Source: Minisyncoccota bacterium (GTDB taxonomy: Bacteria > Patescibacteriota > Minisyncoccia > Phycocordibacterales > UBA5272). From it: 64,000 nt of DNA. Below the pieces are notes generated by a model. It ran no database searches, was not told the DNA's origin, and saw only the letters and a program-made list of their open reading frames with translations. The position numbers and the translations under genes were made by a program. Of this stretch, positions 48,707 through 58,084 are shown one piece after another. Location of the stretch: NCBI GenBank assembly GCA_043781255.1, contig JAYWBQ010000028.1:16702-80701 (forward strand), given 5' to 3'. Position 1 is the first letter of the stretch. Each line of letters starts with the position of its first letter.

Positions 48707-49582
48707 ATGAACAAAAATATACCGTATATATTTTTTGGTACCGGCGTACTCGCGGAGAGTGTCCTTGCATCACTCTATCGTGCTGGCTATGTGCCAGAAA
48801 TTGTTGTGACAAAACCTGATAGTAGACAAGGTCGTCATATGGAACTCACATCACCTACTATTAAAATTTGGGCAGAGATGAAAGGAATAAAAGTTCTCCA
48901 ACCCGAGAAATTAGACTTTGAATTAAGCGACAGTCTACAGCCTACTAGCTACAATCTATTTATTGTTGCTTCCTATGGTAAGATGATTCCAGAAGCTATT
49001 CTTAATCTGCCGGTTCACGGAGTTCTTAATGTGCATCCCTCTCTCCTTCCTCTCTACCGTGGAGCATCCCCTATCGAATCAGTACTCCTTGATGGTCACA
49101 TGACAACTGGTGTAAGTATCATGAAGTTAGATAAAAATATGGATCATGGACCAATTCTCGCACAATCAGCTTTTATGATTAACCCCGAATCAAATGCAGG
49201 TACTCTTGAAGTAGAGTGCGGACAATTAGGTGGCGAACTCCTCACACAAGTAATTCCTCACTACCTCGAGGGCACTCTTATCCCAAAAGAACAGGACCAC
49301 ACTAAAGCTACAATTTGTAAGAAGATTACAAAAGACCTTGGACTTATTCACTTACATGATGACATTGATATTGTACGAAGAAAGTTCCGTGCCTTCACTC
49401 CGTGGCCTTCACTTTATTTTTTTATTGAACACGCTGGACGTGATATTCGAGTAAAAATAAATCAAGTTGATTGTATTTCGGAAAAAGAATCACGCTTAGC
49501 AGAAGATTATATTATGAGTGTGACTCCTGAAGGGAAAAAACAGATGGACTGGGAAAGTTTTAAACGTGGTTATTTAAGTTAA
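48707..49582 (+). CDS. fmt: Methionyl-tRNA formyltransferase
   Basis: NVHPSLLPLYRGASPI formyltransferase motif. def-fmt gene order. Confidence 0.85.
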   Translation: MNKNIPYIFFGTGVLAESVLASLYRAGYVPEIVVTKPDSRQGRHMELTSPTIKIWAEMKGIKVLQPEKLDFELSDSLQPTSYNLFIVASYGKMIPEAILNLPVHGVLNVHPSLLPLYRGASPIESVLLDGHMTTGVSIMKLDKNMDHGPILAQSAFMINPESNAGTLEVECGQLGGELLTQVIPHYLEGTLIPKEQDHTKATICKKITKDLGLIHLHDDIDIVRRKFRAFTPWPSLYFFIEHAGRDIRVKINQVDCISEKESRLAEDYIMSVTPEGKKQMDWESFKRGYLS

Positions 49583-49618
49583 GTGTTTGGCTACTGGCTA
49601 AAGTCTACGGTCTGCCAG

Positions 49619-50320
49619 CTATCTCACTTCCACTTTTTGGATAATCACGTCTTCAATTGGGCGATCTGCAACTCCTGTTTTTACGTTTTGTATTGCTAGT
49701 GCGACTTCAAGTCCTTTTGTTACATGGCCGAAAACTGTATAAGCAGGAGATGGTGGAGTATACCCATCAGCTCCAGTCACAATGAAGAACTGTGACCCAT
49801 TAGTATTTTTTCCAGAGTTAGCCATAGAGACGGTCCCTTGAGGGTATTTTTCATTCCCGATATTTTCGTCATTGAACATATATCCTGGCCCGCCTGTCCC
49901 CCACATTGCCTCATTTGCTTTATCTTTAGAGAGCGGGTCCCCTGTCTGAATCATAAAGTTTTTGATAACACGATGGAAGCGTACCCCATCATAAAACTTT
50001 TCTGCTGATAACTTACCGAAGTTAGCAACTGTTATTGGTTTATTTTTATCAAACGTAATTTCGATCACTCCTTTGTTTGTTGTAATAGTCGCACTCGTAT
50101 ATATTTTTTCTTCCATAGTTTTTGTTGTTGTGGCTTCTGGTTTAGAGGCAGGTGTTGGGGTGGTTGGTAATGGTTTTGGCTTTTCTAGTATACTTAGTTC
50201 TTTAGAAGGAGGTGTTTTCAACTGCTCTACCCCCATCGGTTGAAGAAAATATGCAAGCCCTCCTAAGAAAATAATAAGCACCGCGATAACGCTGTAGGTA
50301 ACTTTTGTTTCACTATCCAT
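49619..50320 (-). CDS. Cyclophilin-type peptidyl-prolyl cis-trans isomerase, membrane-anchored
   Basis: FHRVIKNFMIQTGDP and GTGGPGY cyclophilin motifs. N-terminal TM segment plus a Pro/Thr-rich linker. Confidence 0.8.
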   Translation of the reverse strand: MDSETKVTYSVIAVLIIFLGGLAYFLQPMGVEQLKTPPSKELSILEKPKPLPTTPTPASKPEATTTKTMEEKIYTSATITTNKGVIEITFDKNKPITVANFGKLSAEKFYDGVRFHRVIKNFMIQTGDPLSKDKANEAMWGTGGPGYMFNDENIGNEKYPQGTVSMANSGKNTNGSQFFIVTGADGYTPPSPAYTVFGHVTKGLEVALAIQNVKTGVADRPIEDVIIQKVEVR

Positions 50321-50334
50321 ATTTATTCTCGTAA

Positions 50335-50697
50335 TTAAACTAATTTTTTAAATAATGATTTTACTTTATGAGCACTTCTTCGCATGATTGAACGCTCTTT
50401 ATCTTTGTGTGTCGCAAGTTCACGTGTCAGCATATCTTTGAGTACGTCAACAGCTTTATACAAGTCATCTTGAGTTGTTTGAAGTGTTGTTTCTTTCCCC
50501 TTGATATGAAGATTTGCTTCTGCTTGGAATACTTGACCGTGTACATGGTGATTTGTTGTCTTTGAAAGTTCGACAACTAGCTTTGCGCTCGCATCATCAT
50601 GTGGTACCAATTTTTCTAATGACTTCATTTTTTCAAGTGTATAGTCACGAATCGCTTCAGTAATCTCCATATGAACACCAGTAAGTATTGTATGCAT
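50335..50697 (-). CDS. hpf: Ribosome hibernation promoting factor / RaiA family protein
   Basis: N-terminus MHTILTGVHMEITEAIRDYTLEKMKSLEKL matches the HPF/YfiA consensus; 120 aa. Confidence 0.7.
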   Translation of the reverse strand: MHTILTGVHMEITEAIRDYTLEKMKSLEKLVPHDDASAKLVVELSKTTNHHVHGQVFQAEANLHIKGKETTLQTTQDDLYKAVDVLKDMLTRELATHKDKERSIMRRSAHKVKSLFKKLV

Positions 50698-50894
50698 ATA
50701 TGTGTGAATTGGTTACTCAGTAATACTTTCAGTATATAGTAAATATACAAATATGATAGTAATTACTATGCTATATTTTCTGGTACGTAGCTGTGAAGAT
50801 ACTGTGTGAAGTATTATAAAAATTATACACAGGTTTCCTTGATTATTTCATAAAAATAGTAAGTATCCTTGATATACTAAAAATACATAAAAAT

Positions 50895-51560
50895 ATGACA
50901 AAGCACCATTTTTCAATCAAAGAAGTTTTTACGTTTGGATACAATAAATTAGTGCAGCATGCATGGTTCGTGTTCCTTACTGGTATTATTAGTAGTATCA
51001 TTGTTTCCGCTACTATTCCTAACCCACTCCTAGTATTTATAGTAGGCACTATGGTTGGACTATCACTTGTTTCAATATCACTTATGATTGTTAGAAATCA
51101 TAGCTTTTCTTTTTCAGATTTAACTACCCCACTTCTGTCATATAAGCGAGTGTTAAAGTTTTTTGCCCTTACATCATTCTATATGCTTCCTGTGTTATTT
51201 CTTTCATTAACTGGTGCAATTATAGTTTTCGGTGCTGCAAATGGTAGTACGTCGGTAACTATTTTTGGCTTAATTCTTACCATGATTTTCTTTGTCATTA
51301 GTGTTTTTATTACTGTGCGTCTTAAATTTTTTCCATATATTGTTATAGAACATGAATATTCTTCTGTGAAAGATTTAATTCTCATGAGTTACAAGCTAAC
51401 TCAAAATAATTTCTGGAAACTTCTTTTATTCATTCTTGCTGCAGCTGTGCTTAATACTCTGGGAGCCTTGTTCTTTTTAGTTGGACTTGTTGTCACAGTT
51501 CCAATTACTGCATTTGCTTCTGCGCATCTTTATGATAAATTTAAAAGTCATTCTGCGTAG
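50895..51560 (+). CDS. Hypothetical polytopic membrane protein
   Basis: 221 aa with 5-6 hydrophobic helices. Confidence 0.5.
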   Translation: MTKHHFSIKEVFTFGYNKLVQHAWFVFLTGIISSIIVSATIPNPLLVFIVGTMVGLSLVSISLMIVRNHSFSFSDLTTPLLSYKRVLKFFALTSFYMLPVLFLSLTGAIIVFGAANGSTSVTIFGLILTMIFFVISVFITVRLKFFPYIVIEHEYSSVKDLILMSYKLTQNNFWKLLLFILAAAVLNTLGALFFLVGLVVTVPITAFASAHLYDKFKSHSA

Positions 51561-51810
51561 TTATTAAATTATGTATTCAAAGTAATATCAAAAAGATTGC
51601 TTATAAAGCATTTTTTATCATGTCAAAAAGTGTAGCAGATTTATGACTTTTGGAACTAAAAAAGCTATTTGGTATAGAGATTTCCCCAATTAATTTCAAG
51701 AGTAATATACACTACTTCAGTAAGATTTCTAAAGATTCAACGTCATAAATAGTGTAATCAGAGTTAGATACATAGCACTGATACAAAATTACCAATAATC
51801 ACATATTTCT

Positions 51811-52059
51811 ATGGGAATAATTTTATGGATCGTATTTGGAGCATTAGTAGGTTGGATTGCATCAATGATTATGAATACCAATGGCCAGCAAGGGGTAATT
51901 CTTAATATCATTGTTGGTATTGTTGGTGCAGTGATTGGGGGTTGGATTATGAGTTATTTTGGTAAGGCTGATGTTAATGGATTCAATCTCTACAGCTTTG
52001 TCGTAGCCTTAATTGGGGCGTGCGTGTTGATTGCTCTAGTTAAAATGGTAAGGAATTAA
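51811..52059 (+). CDS. GlsB/YeaQ/YmgE-family small membrane protein
   Basis: 82 aa. Gly-zipper TM helices (GALVGWIASMIM...GAVIGGWIMSYFG). Confidence 0.7.
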   Translation: MGIILWIVFGALVGWIASMIMNTNGQQGVILNIIVGIVGAVIGGWIMSYFGKADVNGFNLYSFVVALIGACVLIALVKMVRN

Positions 52060-52142
52060 GCTGTTACGTTCTAAAATATATTATAAAGATATTATGAAGA
52101 TACACGGTTTCGCGAGGCGTTACATATAAAAAATAAAAAAAA

Positions 52143-52589
52143 ATGGCTGACCCAATTAAAATCATAAAGAGTGATCACAGAATGGTTGAGAAACTATTTA
52201 AGGGATACGAACAACTAAGTGGTGGTGCGCTCAGGGCCAAACAAAAAATTGCAGAGGATATTTGTGTTGCTTTAACATTGCACGCAGAAATGGAAGAGAC
52301 CATAATGTATCCAAAGCAAGAGGAAAAGTTTAATAATGAGGGAGATAAAATGGTAGAAGAGGCGTACGCAGAACATGAAGTAATAAAAGGGCTCATAGCC
52401 GCATTAGAAGAGATGGACCCTGATGATCCTCAATTTGATGCGAAACTAAAAGTTCTTCAAGAGGTCGTTTCTCATCACGTTAAAGAAGAGGAACAGGAAC
52501 TACTTCCAAAAACTGAAAAGGAATTTTCGGAAGAGGAACTCTCTGAAATGGGAAATGAGATGGGAGCATTCAAGGCAGAAAATAACTAA
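52143..52589 (+). CDS. Hemerythrin-like (HHE cation-binding) domain protein
   Basis: Repeated H-x3-E / H-x2-EE-x3-P motifs (SDHRMVEKLF; LHAEMEETIMYP; HHVKEEEQELLP). Confidence 0.6.
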   Translation: MADPIKIIKSDHRMVEKLFKGYEQLSGGALRAKQKIAEDICVALTLHAEMEETIMYPKQEEKFNNEGDKMVEEAYAEHEVIKGLIAALEEMDPDDPQFDAKLKVLQEVVSHHVKEEEQELLPKTEKEFSEEELSEMGNEMGAFKAENN

Positions 52590-52840
52590 TTTGAATGAAG
52601 AAAATACCTCAATATAAAAAGAAAGCTACCGAAATCGGGTAGTTTTCGACGCCCGTATAATTAAAACGGGATTTTTGACAACCACTACTGTGGTCGTCAA
52701 CCAAAAATCCATTTGCTCCAAGCTTTGAGAAAACCTTCAGTGGTAATGAACAGACCTATCAAAACCTTCTTTGTCTACGACATAAAACGTACCCACCATT
52801 TCCCAAATGAAAATCCCCTTTTAAGGGATGTTTTCATTTA

Positions 52841-52858
52841 GCTCCGTGGGTAGGGATC
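52841..52858. repeat. Copy 1 of the tRNA-Asn 3'-end sequence (GCTCCGTGGGTAGGGATC)
   Basis: 18/18 identity to the tRNA-Asn 3' end at 53906-53923. Confidence 0.6.
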
Positions 52859-53140
52859 TTTCCCGAGAGTATTCGGGACTGTGGATTCCTGCAGATTGAG
52901 TACAATCTAAGAAATCTCGTAGCCTTCGGTTCGATCTCGGTACAAACGGCTGTTAAAAGTAAAAATCCCACACAAAGTGGAACTTTTACTTTTAATGCTC
53001 GCTTGGCAATCTGACTTCTGAACTTTTAATTGGTCCAAAGCTGTCGGTGATCCAGAGATAACAGCCAGAGAAGTTAACTACTTGTTATCACTTTGTTTAA
53101 TTAGTTTTAGAAAATAATCGTTAGTATCGTAAGTAGTATA

Positions 53141-53180
53141 AAAATGAAAACCACCGAAGCGCACGGTGGCTTTCGGTGGG
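53141..53180 (-). terminator. Rho-independent terminator of the GC-rich orphan gene
   Basis: Minus-strand RNA CCACCG-UGCGCUU-CGGUGG followed by UUUUCAUUUUU, immediately 3' of the stop at 53198. Confidence 0.6.
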
Positions 53181-53197
53181 GCTGTGAAGTGGTTCGT

Positions 53198-53581
53198 CTA
53201 CGCGTCAGCATAGCGCTTGAAGAACTCTGCACGTGTCGTGACAGGCTTCACGACTTCAGCAGATTCCAGACTGAACAGGAAAAGAGCAAAGTCATGATTC
53301 GGGAAGCCGAGCTCGTTCCAGTAGGTGGCGGCTTCCGGTGACTTTTCACGAAGTGCTTCGATCGCCATGGTCTGAAGCACGATGTAGCCGGGATAGTCCG
53401 GAACGTCGAACCCAGAAATGACATCACGCATCCCATCACCTTTTTGAGGAGTGCCGTCGTGCGAAAAGAGACAAGGAACTTCGACCTCAATCCACTGCTC
53501 ACGGATTGAGAGTGGTGCACCACCCTTTGGAACAGCGGTGAAGCGAATGACACCGAGATCTTCCAGTTTAATCTGTAACAT
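53198..53581 (-). CDS. Hypothetical protein; high-GC orphan gene inside the tRNA-Asn repeat region
   Basis: 127-aa ORF, noticeably more GC-rich than the rest of the window. It has its own terminator and lies between repeat copies 1 and 2. No motif recognised. Confidence 0.5.
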   Translation of the reverse strand: MLQIKLEDLGVIRFTAVPKGGAPLSIREQWIEVEVPCLFSHDGTPQKGDGMRDVISGFDVPDYPGYIVLQTMAIEALREKSPEAATYWNELGFPNHDFALFLFSLESAEVVKPVTTRAEFFKRYADA

Positions 53582-53708
53582 GAGAACTCCTTGGTTTGGT
53601 TATAGAAACACCTAAATACTACACTTTTGAAAATCATAAAGCAAGAACTAGTTCTGAACCCTAACTAGGTAAATGAAAAATACCTTATCTAAAAGGTATT
53701 TTTTAAAG

Positions 53709-53725
53709 GCTCCGTGGGTAGGGAT
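53709..53725. repeat. Copy 2 of the tRNA-Asn 3'-end sequence
   Basis: GCTCCGTGGGTAGGGAT, 17/17 identity to the tRNA 3' end. Confidence 0.6.
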
Positions 53726-53906
53726 ATCTCCCACAAGTAAACTTTTGCCGTCACAAAAGTTTCTCGCGGGCCACTCCTCGTCGTTTCGCTTGCTAGCGAA
53801 ACATACTCCGGACTTTCGACCCCTAACAAAAGCCAAGCAGTTGGCTTTTTCCCGCGGAGCACTAAAATCAAAGGCCGCCATTTCTGGCGACCTAAGATTT
53901 TATGGG

Positions 53907-53978
53907 CTCCGTGGGTAGGGATCGAACCTACGACCAATTCGTTAACAGCGAACTGCTCTACCGCTGAGCTACCACGGA
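53907..53978 (-). tRNA. tRNA-Asn (anticodon GTT)
   Basis: Hand-folded. Acceptor stem TCCGTGG/CCACGGA. Anticodon stem-loop GTTCG-CTGTTAA-CGAAT. T-arm GTAGG-TTCGATC-CCTAC. Confidence 0.85.
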
Positions 53979-54173
53979 ATATAAGTAGAACTGAAACTTT
54001 ATTATTTAAGAATTACTTCTTGAACATAGATACAATCATACAAGAAAAACAGGCTTTCTGCAAGATGAAATTTTGTGAATAATGAGTATAGATAATAATA
54101 TTTATTACAATAGATTCTTGATTCTAGGAAGTATCTTTTAGATGCCTCTATTAGAAAATAGTGACTCTTTGTA

Positions 54174-56639
54174 TTATTTTTCTGAAAGCAACTTTTTAAG
54201 TGGAGTTTTTGTAAGAGAATATGCAATGTAATATGAGAAGGTAGATGTCACCACTAAAATACCGATGGTAATATACAGTGGAGTAATTGCAAAAGTGAAA
54301 AGCTTAAAAGAAAAAAGATAGGTATTAAGAATGAAAGCAACGCCATGCGCCACAAGATACGAGATAAACGTTGCAATAAGAATAAGAACTGCTGTCTCAG
54401 CAACAAAAAGGAATGTAATAGTCATTCTCGTTAGGCCGTAGACTCGAAGCACAAGTACATCCCCTTTTCTTTCGTAGAGTGATTGACCCGTCATAACAAG
54501 GACCAGCATAAGACCAAGGAGGATACTCGGTATACCAATTATTTTTACAACTAGAATAATTGAAGTTAGTAATGTATTTATGGTTTCTAAGATTGTGCTT
54601 GTACCAAGTGGAATTATATTTGGATATAGGTTACCTATCTTTGTTTCAATTTCTTCCACAGTTTCTTTATTTACATCTACTGTTCCAAAATAGGATGCTG
54701 GGAATGTAGCTAAAACATCTGGTGAGAATACCATATAAAAATAAGGAGTACCTCTAGCCTTGTCTGCTTCATGAATGCTCGTGACTTTTGCTGTAATAAT
54801 AATACCTTGAACAAAGACGGACACCATATCTCCGACTTCAACACCCCCTGCTTCCTTAGCAAATGACTTTTCAAAAGAAACTGACTGCTTGCTACTATCT
54901 GCCCCATGCCACACACCCGAAGAAACTATTTCACCATCAATAAGAGTGTCTCGGTATGTCATATTTAATTCTCTGGTCACTTCTCTGTCTTTTGACATTG
55001 TAATATCTCTATCGTTAATAGTTAACAATCTTCCACGGATAATTGGATACTCCTTAAACGTTGATCCAGCTATCTCTTTTACTTTTGGTAATTGCGAAGT
55101 AGTGATGTCAACAAGATATAGAGCTGGGGTAGATTTTGAAATAGTCCCGTGCAAGTTGTACATAATATTCTGTTCAACAGCAGAAACAATAAATACTCCA
55201 GCAAGTGCTGTCATAATAGACGCAGAAGTTATCATGGTTTCAATTCCTCGCCATTTTAAAAATGAAATAATACTTGAAAACATAAATGAAAAGTATCTTC
55301 GATTATTATAGAGATATGTCACGACACCGTACGAGATAAGCATAAAAAAAGAAAATAGCAGGATAAGACCAAGTACACCATAGAGAGTAAGTTGTATATC
55401 TTTGGATATACCGTAAAGCAATATTCCTAAAAAAAGTGGTATAGGGCTATAGGTAAGTATATTTGTAATTATTTTTTTATTTGTGGTGGTGGATATATTA
55501 GAAAGTAATTGTTTTGGGTTAATATATTTAAGTGAATTAAAAAATGGAATAGAAGAAATTATAATTAGTATGAAGCCACTACAACCACCAAGAATAACAA
55601 TAGGAATAATTGCAGTACTTGGAATAATTCCTTCAATGTAAAGAGAAAGAGTGGGTAAAAACATCGTAGTACCAAATGCTCCTAAAAAAGTACCGAGTGC
55701 TCCCGCAGTGATCCCTAGTGTGCCTAGAATAATCGAATATATACATTGTATTTGTAGTGTGGTAGCCCCAAATGTCTTTAGAAGGGCTATAGTTTTTTTG
55801 AAGCGAGCAAGGATATATGTTAAGTTGGCTCCAATATTTACTGCGACTAAGAATAATGCAATAGCGAGGATAATCCCTGCAAAATCTTGAACTGAAGAAA
55901 GGCCTTCTACTAAGTTGTTCGGACCATCTCTCGCATCATCAAATCGTAGTTTATTATCTTTTGCAAATGTTTTGATGCTATCGATAGTTTCTTTCGTTAA
56001 AGGTAGTATTTCATTTTCTTTAATGGAAATTTTATATGAGACTCTACTTTGACTGAGATTAATTCCTGATGTTAGGATATCATCTTGTGACATTATTACG
56101 GTTGGGCTAAACGAAACCCCAAGAGATACCTTATCCGGCTCTTTAAGAAGTACACCTGCTACTTTATAAGAACTCGTACCAATAAAAACGTTATCACCCA
56201 GAGAAATACCTAGTTTTTTTAGGAACGGTCTTTCTGCGTAGATTATATTATGACCAACAAGAAAAGGAACATTATCTTCTACGGAGATTTTTCCATACAA
56301 CGGAAAGTCTTTTCCTACAAAACGGATATTCGTAGATATGGTAGAAGACCCAGTAGTATTTCGAAAAACTGCTTGCACATCATACTCAGCAGTGAGAATA
56401 TAATCTTTTTTTATAAGACCAGCAAATAGCTCGTTAGCAGTGTCTATTTTGTTGGAACTTTTAAGTACAATATCACCACCTAGTAAGGTTTTACCTTGTG
56501 TAGTAAAAAAGGATGACAAACTTTTCGATAATGATAGAATTGCTCCAAAAAGGAAAGCCCCCACAAGAAGGCTAAAAAACGTTAAAAGAAGGTACTTATA
56601 TGAGCGAATAAAAATAATCTTAACAAAATAATATATCAT
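54174..56639 (-). CDS. ABC transporter permease, FtsX/MacB-like with two permease modules
   Basis: 821 aa with two FtsX-like 4-TM modules separated by large extracytoplasmic domains. Overlaps the ATPase gene upstream. Confidence 0.8.
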   Translation of the reverse strand: MIYYFVKIIFIRSYKYLLLTFFSLLVGAFLFGAILSLSKSLSSFFTTQGKTLLGGDIVLKSSNKIDTANELFAGLIKKDYILTAEYDVQAVFRNTTGSSTISTNIRFVGKDFPLYGKISVEDNVPFLVGHNIIYAERPFLKKLGISLGDNVFIGTSSYKVAGVLLKEPDKVSLGVSFSPTVIMSQDDILTSGINLSQSRVSYKISIKENEILPLTKETIDSIKTFAKDNKLRFDDARDGPNNLVEGLSSVQDFAGIILAIALFLVAVNIGANLTYILARFKKTIALLKTFGATTLQIQCIYSIILGTLGITAGALGTFLGAFGTTMFLPTLSLYIEGIIPSTAIIPIVILGGCSGFILIIISSIPFFNSLKYINPKQLLSNISTTTNKKIITNILTYSPIPLFLGILLYGISKDIQLTLYGVLGLILLFSFFMLISYGVVTYLYNNRRYFSFMFSSIISFLKWRGIETMITSASIMTALAGVFIVSAVEQNIMYNLHGTISKSTPALYLVDITTSQLPKVKEIAGSTFKEYPIIRGRLLTINDRDITMSKDREVTRELNMTYRDTLIDGEIVSSGVWHGADSSKQSVSFEKSFAKEAGGVEVGDMVSVFVQGIIITAKVTSIHEADKARGTPYFYMVFSPDVLATFPASYFGTVDVNKETVEEIETKIGNLYPNIIPLGTSTILETINTLLTSIILVVKIIGIPSILLGLMLVLVMTGQSLYERKGDVLVLRVYGLTRMTITFLFVAETAVLILIATFISYLVAHGVAFILNTYLFSFKLFTFAITPLYITIGILVVTSTFSYYIAYSLTKTPLKKLLSEK

Positions 56640-57307
56640 TGCTCGTGTTGTAGTAAATGTATCATTCCATCTTTTATTTCATAAATATCGTCCATCTGCC
56701 TTGCAATATTCATATCGTGCGTAATGATAACAAATGTCTTTTTGTTTTCTTTTATTGTTCTTAAAAAAAGATCTAAGATTTTTTTCCCGTTTACTGCATC
56801 TAAATTACCAGTAGGTTCATCTGCAAAAATAATTTCACTTCCAGAAGCTAGTGCTCGTGCTATTGCCACTCGTTGCTGTTCCCCTCCTGATAATGTAGCT
56901 GGTAGATTATTCTTTCTATGCGTGAGATTAATCTCTTTAAAAAGCATGTCTACTTTTTCTGTGTTTACTTCATTTCTAATTGAAAGTGGTAGCATTACGT
57001 TTTCATATGCAGTGAAAAATTGCACTAATTCAAAAGCTTGAAAAATGATACTAATCTTTTTATTTCTAAACAATGCTAATTCTTGTTCATTAAGAGATGC
57101 AATGTCTACCTCGTCTATGAGCACCTCTCCTGTTGAAGGTTTATCTAACCCAGAGAGAATCGATAATAATGTTGATTTACCAGACCCTGAAGGACCTATG
57201 ATGGCAACACGCTTCCCAGTTTCTATGGTAAAACTGACATCCTTGAGAATAGTTACTTTACTATCTCCATCGAGAAATGTTTTTGATATATTCTTAACTG
57301 TGATCAT
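56636..57307 (-). CDS. ABC transporter ATP-binding protein (LolD/MacB-type)
   Basis: Walker A GPSGSGKST. Signature LSGGEQQRVAIARAL. Walker B IIFADEPT. Confidence 0.9.
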   Translation of the reverse strand: MITVKNISKTFLDGDSKVTILKDVSFTIETGKRVAIIGPSGSGKSTLLSILSGLDKPSTGEVLIDEVDIASLNEQELALFRNKKISIIFQAFELVQFFTAYENVMLPLSIRNEVNTEKVDMLFKEINLTHRKNNLPATLSGGEQQRVAIARALASGSEIIFADEPTGNLDAVNGKKILDLFLRTIKENKKTFVIITHDMNIARQMDDIYEIKDGMIHLLQHEQ

Positions 57308-57347
57308 CTTTATATAATAACATGCACGTTAATGTATACTAGTAACC

Positions 57348-58049
57348 ATGAAATCCAAAGTAATAATTATAATAATGTTAATACTTTTTCTAAGTATTAG
57401 TTATTTCCTGTATACAAAAGAACAAAAAAAGACTCCACTCAAAAATCAGCTGGCTAAAGGAAGTTTGATAGCAACGTCAACTCATAACGAAGTATTCACT
57501 ATTATTGCATTTGGCGATTCACTCACCGCAGGGTATGGGGTGCCTCTTGAAGAAAGTTATCCAAGTCTTCTAGAAAAAGAATTACAAAAAAGAAATAAGA
57601 ATATTGTTGTTGTGAATATGGGGATATCTGGAGAAACGACCACAGGTGGATTAGATAGAGTTGATTTTATCTTATCTCAAAAACCATCTCTTATTCTCTT
57701 AGGACTTGGGGCAAACGATATGTTGCGATCATCATCACCAATAATAGCAAAAGAGAATCTTCGAAAAATGTTACAGCGCATTACTACTAATAATGTTAAA
57801 GTAATTCTTCTCGGGATGAAGTCCGTTGCAAGTAATGGCAAGACATACAACGATGAATTTGATGTAATCTATACAACACTAGCAAAAGAATTTAATGTAC
57901 CTCTAGTACCTTTCTTTTTAGAAGGTGTCACACGTAATCCTTCCTTAAATATAAATGATGGTATCCATCCAAATAAAACTGGGTATGAGAAAATAGTAGA
58001 GGAGAATATTCTACCTGTTCTTTTACCATTAGTTGCTAATTATAAATAG
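57348..58049 (+). CDS. SGNH/GDSL hydrolase (TesA-like arylesterase/lipase)
   Basis: GDSL block (AFGDSLTAGYG). GxND block (GANDM). DxxH block (DGIHPN). Confidence 0.8.
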   Translation: MKSKVIIIIMLILFLSISYFLYTKEQKKTPLKNQLAKGSLIATSTHNEVFTIIAFGDSLTAGYGVPLEESYPSLLEKELQKRNKNIVVVNMGISGETTTGGLDRVDFILSQKPSLILLGLGANDMLRSSSPIIAKENLRKMLQRITTNNVKVILLGMKSVASNGKTYNDEFDVIYTTLAKEFNVPLVPFFLEGVTRNPSLNINDGIHPNKTGYEKIVEENILPVLLPLVANYK

Positions 58050-58084
58050 GAATACATTAATTTTAATTCTACAATATATCACAC

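Noticed and set aside
52590-53140. Looked for RNase P RNA, SRP RNA and tmRNA signatures in the 550-bp non-coding stretch before the GC-rich gene
   Set aside because: None of the conserved boxes I can recall are present (GGAAGGAAGCAGC for SRP domain IV, a tRNA-like T-arm plus CCA end, P4 helix motifs). It is left unassigned.
53727-53905. tmRNA or permuted tmRNA hypothesis for the ~180-nt element abutting tRNA-Asn (T-arm-like GTGGG-AGATATC-CCTAC plus acceptor-like pairing, and an in-frame ...FAC* segment)
   Set aside because: It is far too short for a tmRNA, with no resume-codon/tag reading frame of plausible length and no pseudoknot candidates. A duplicated att relic is the more economical reading.
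53248-53937. Several 77-129-aa ORFs on both strands around the tRNA-Asn repeat region
   Set aside because: They overlap each other, the GC-rich gene, the terminator and the tRNA. Only 53198..53581 has a coding-like composition and signals.
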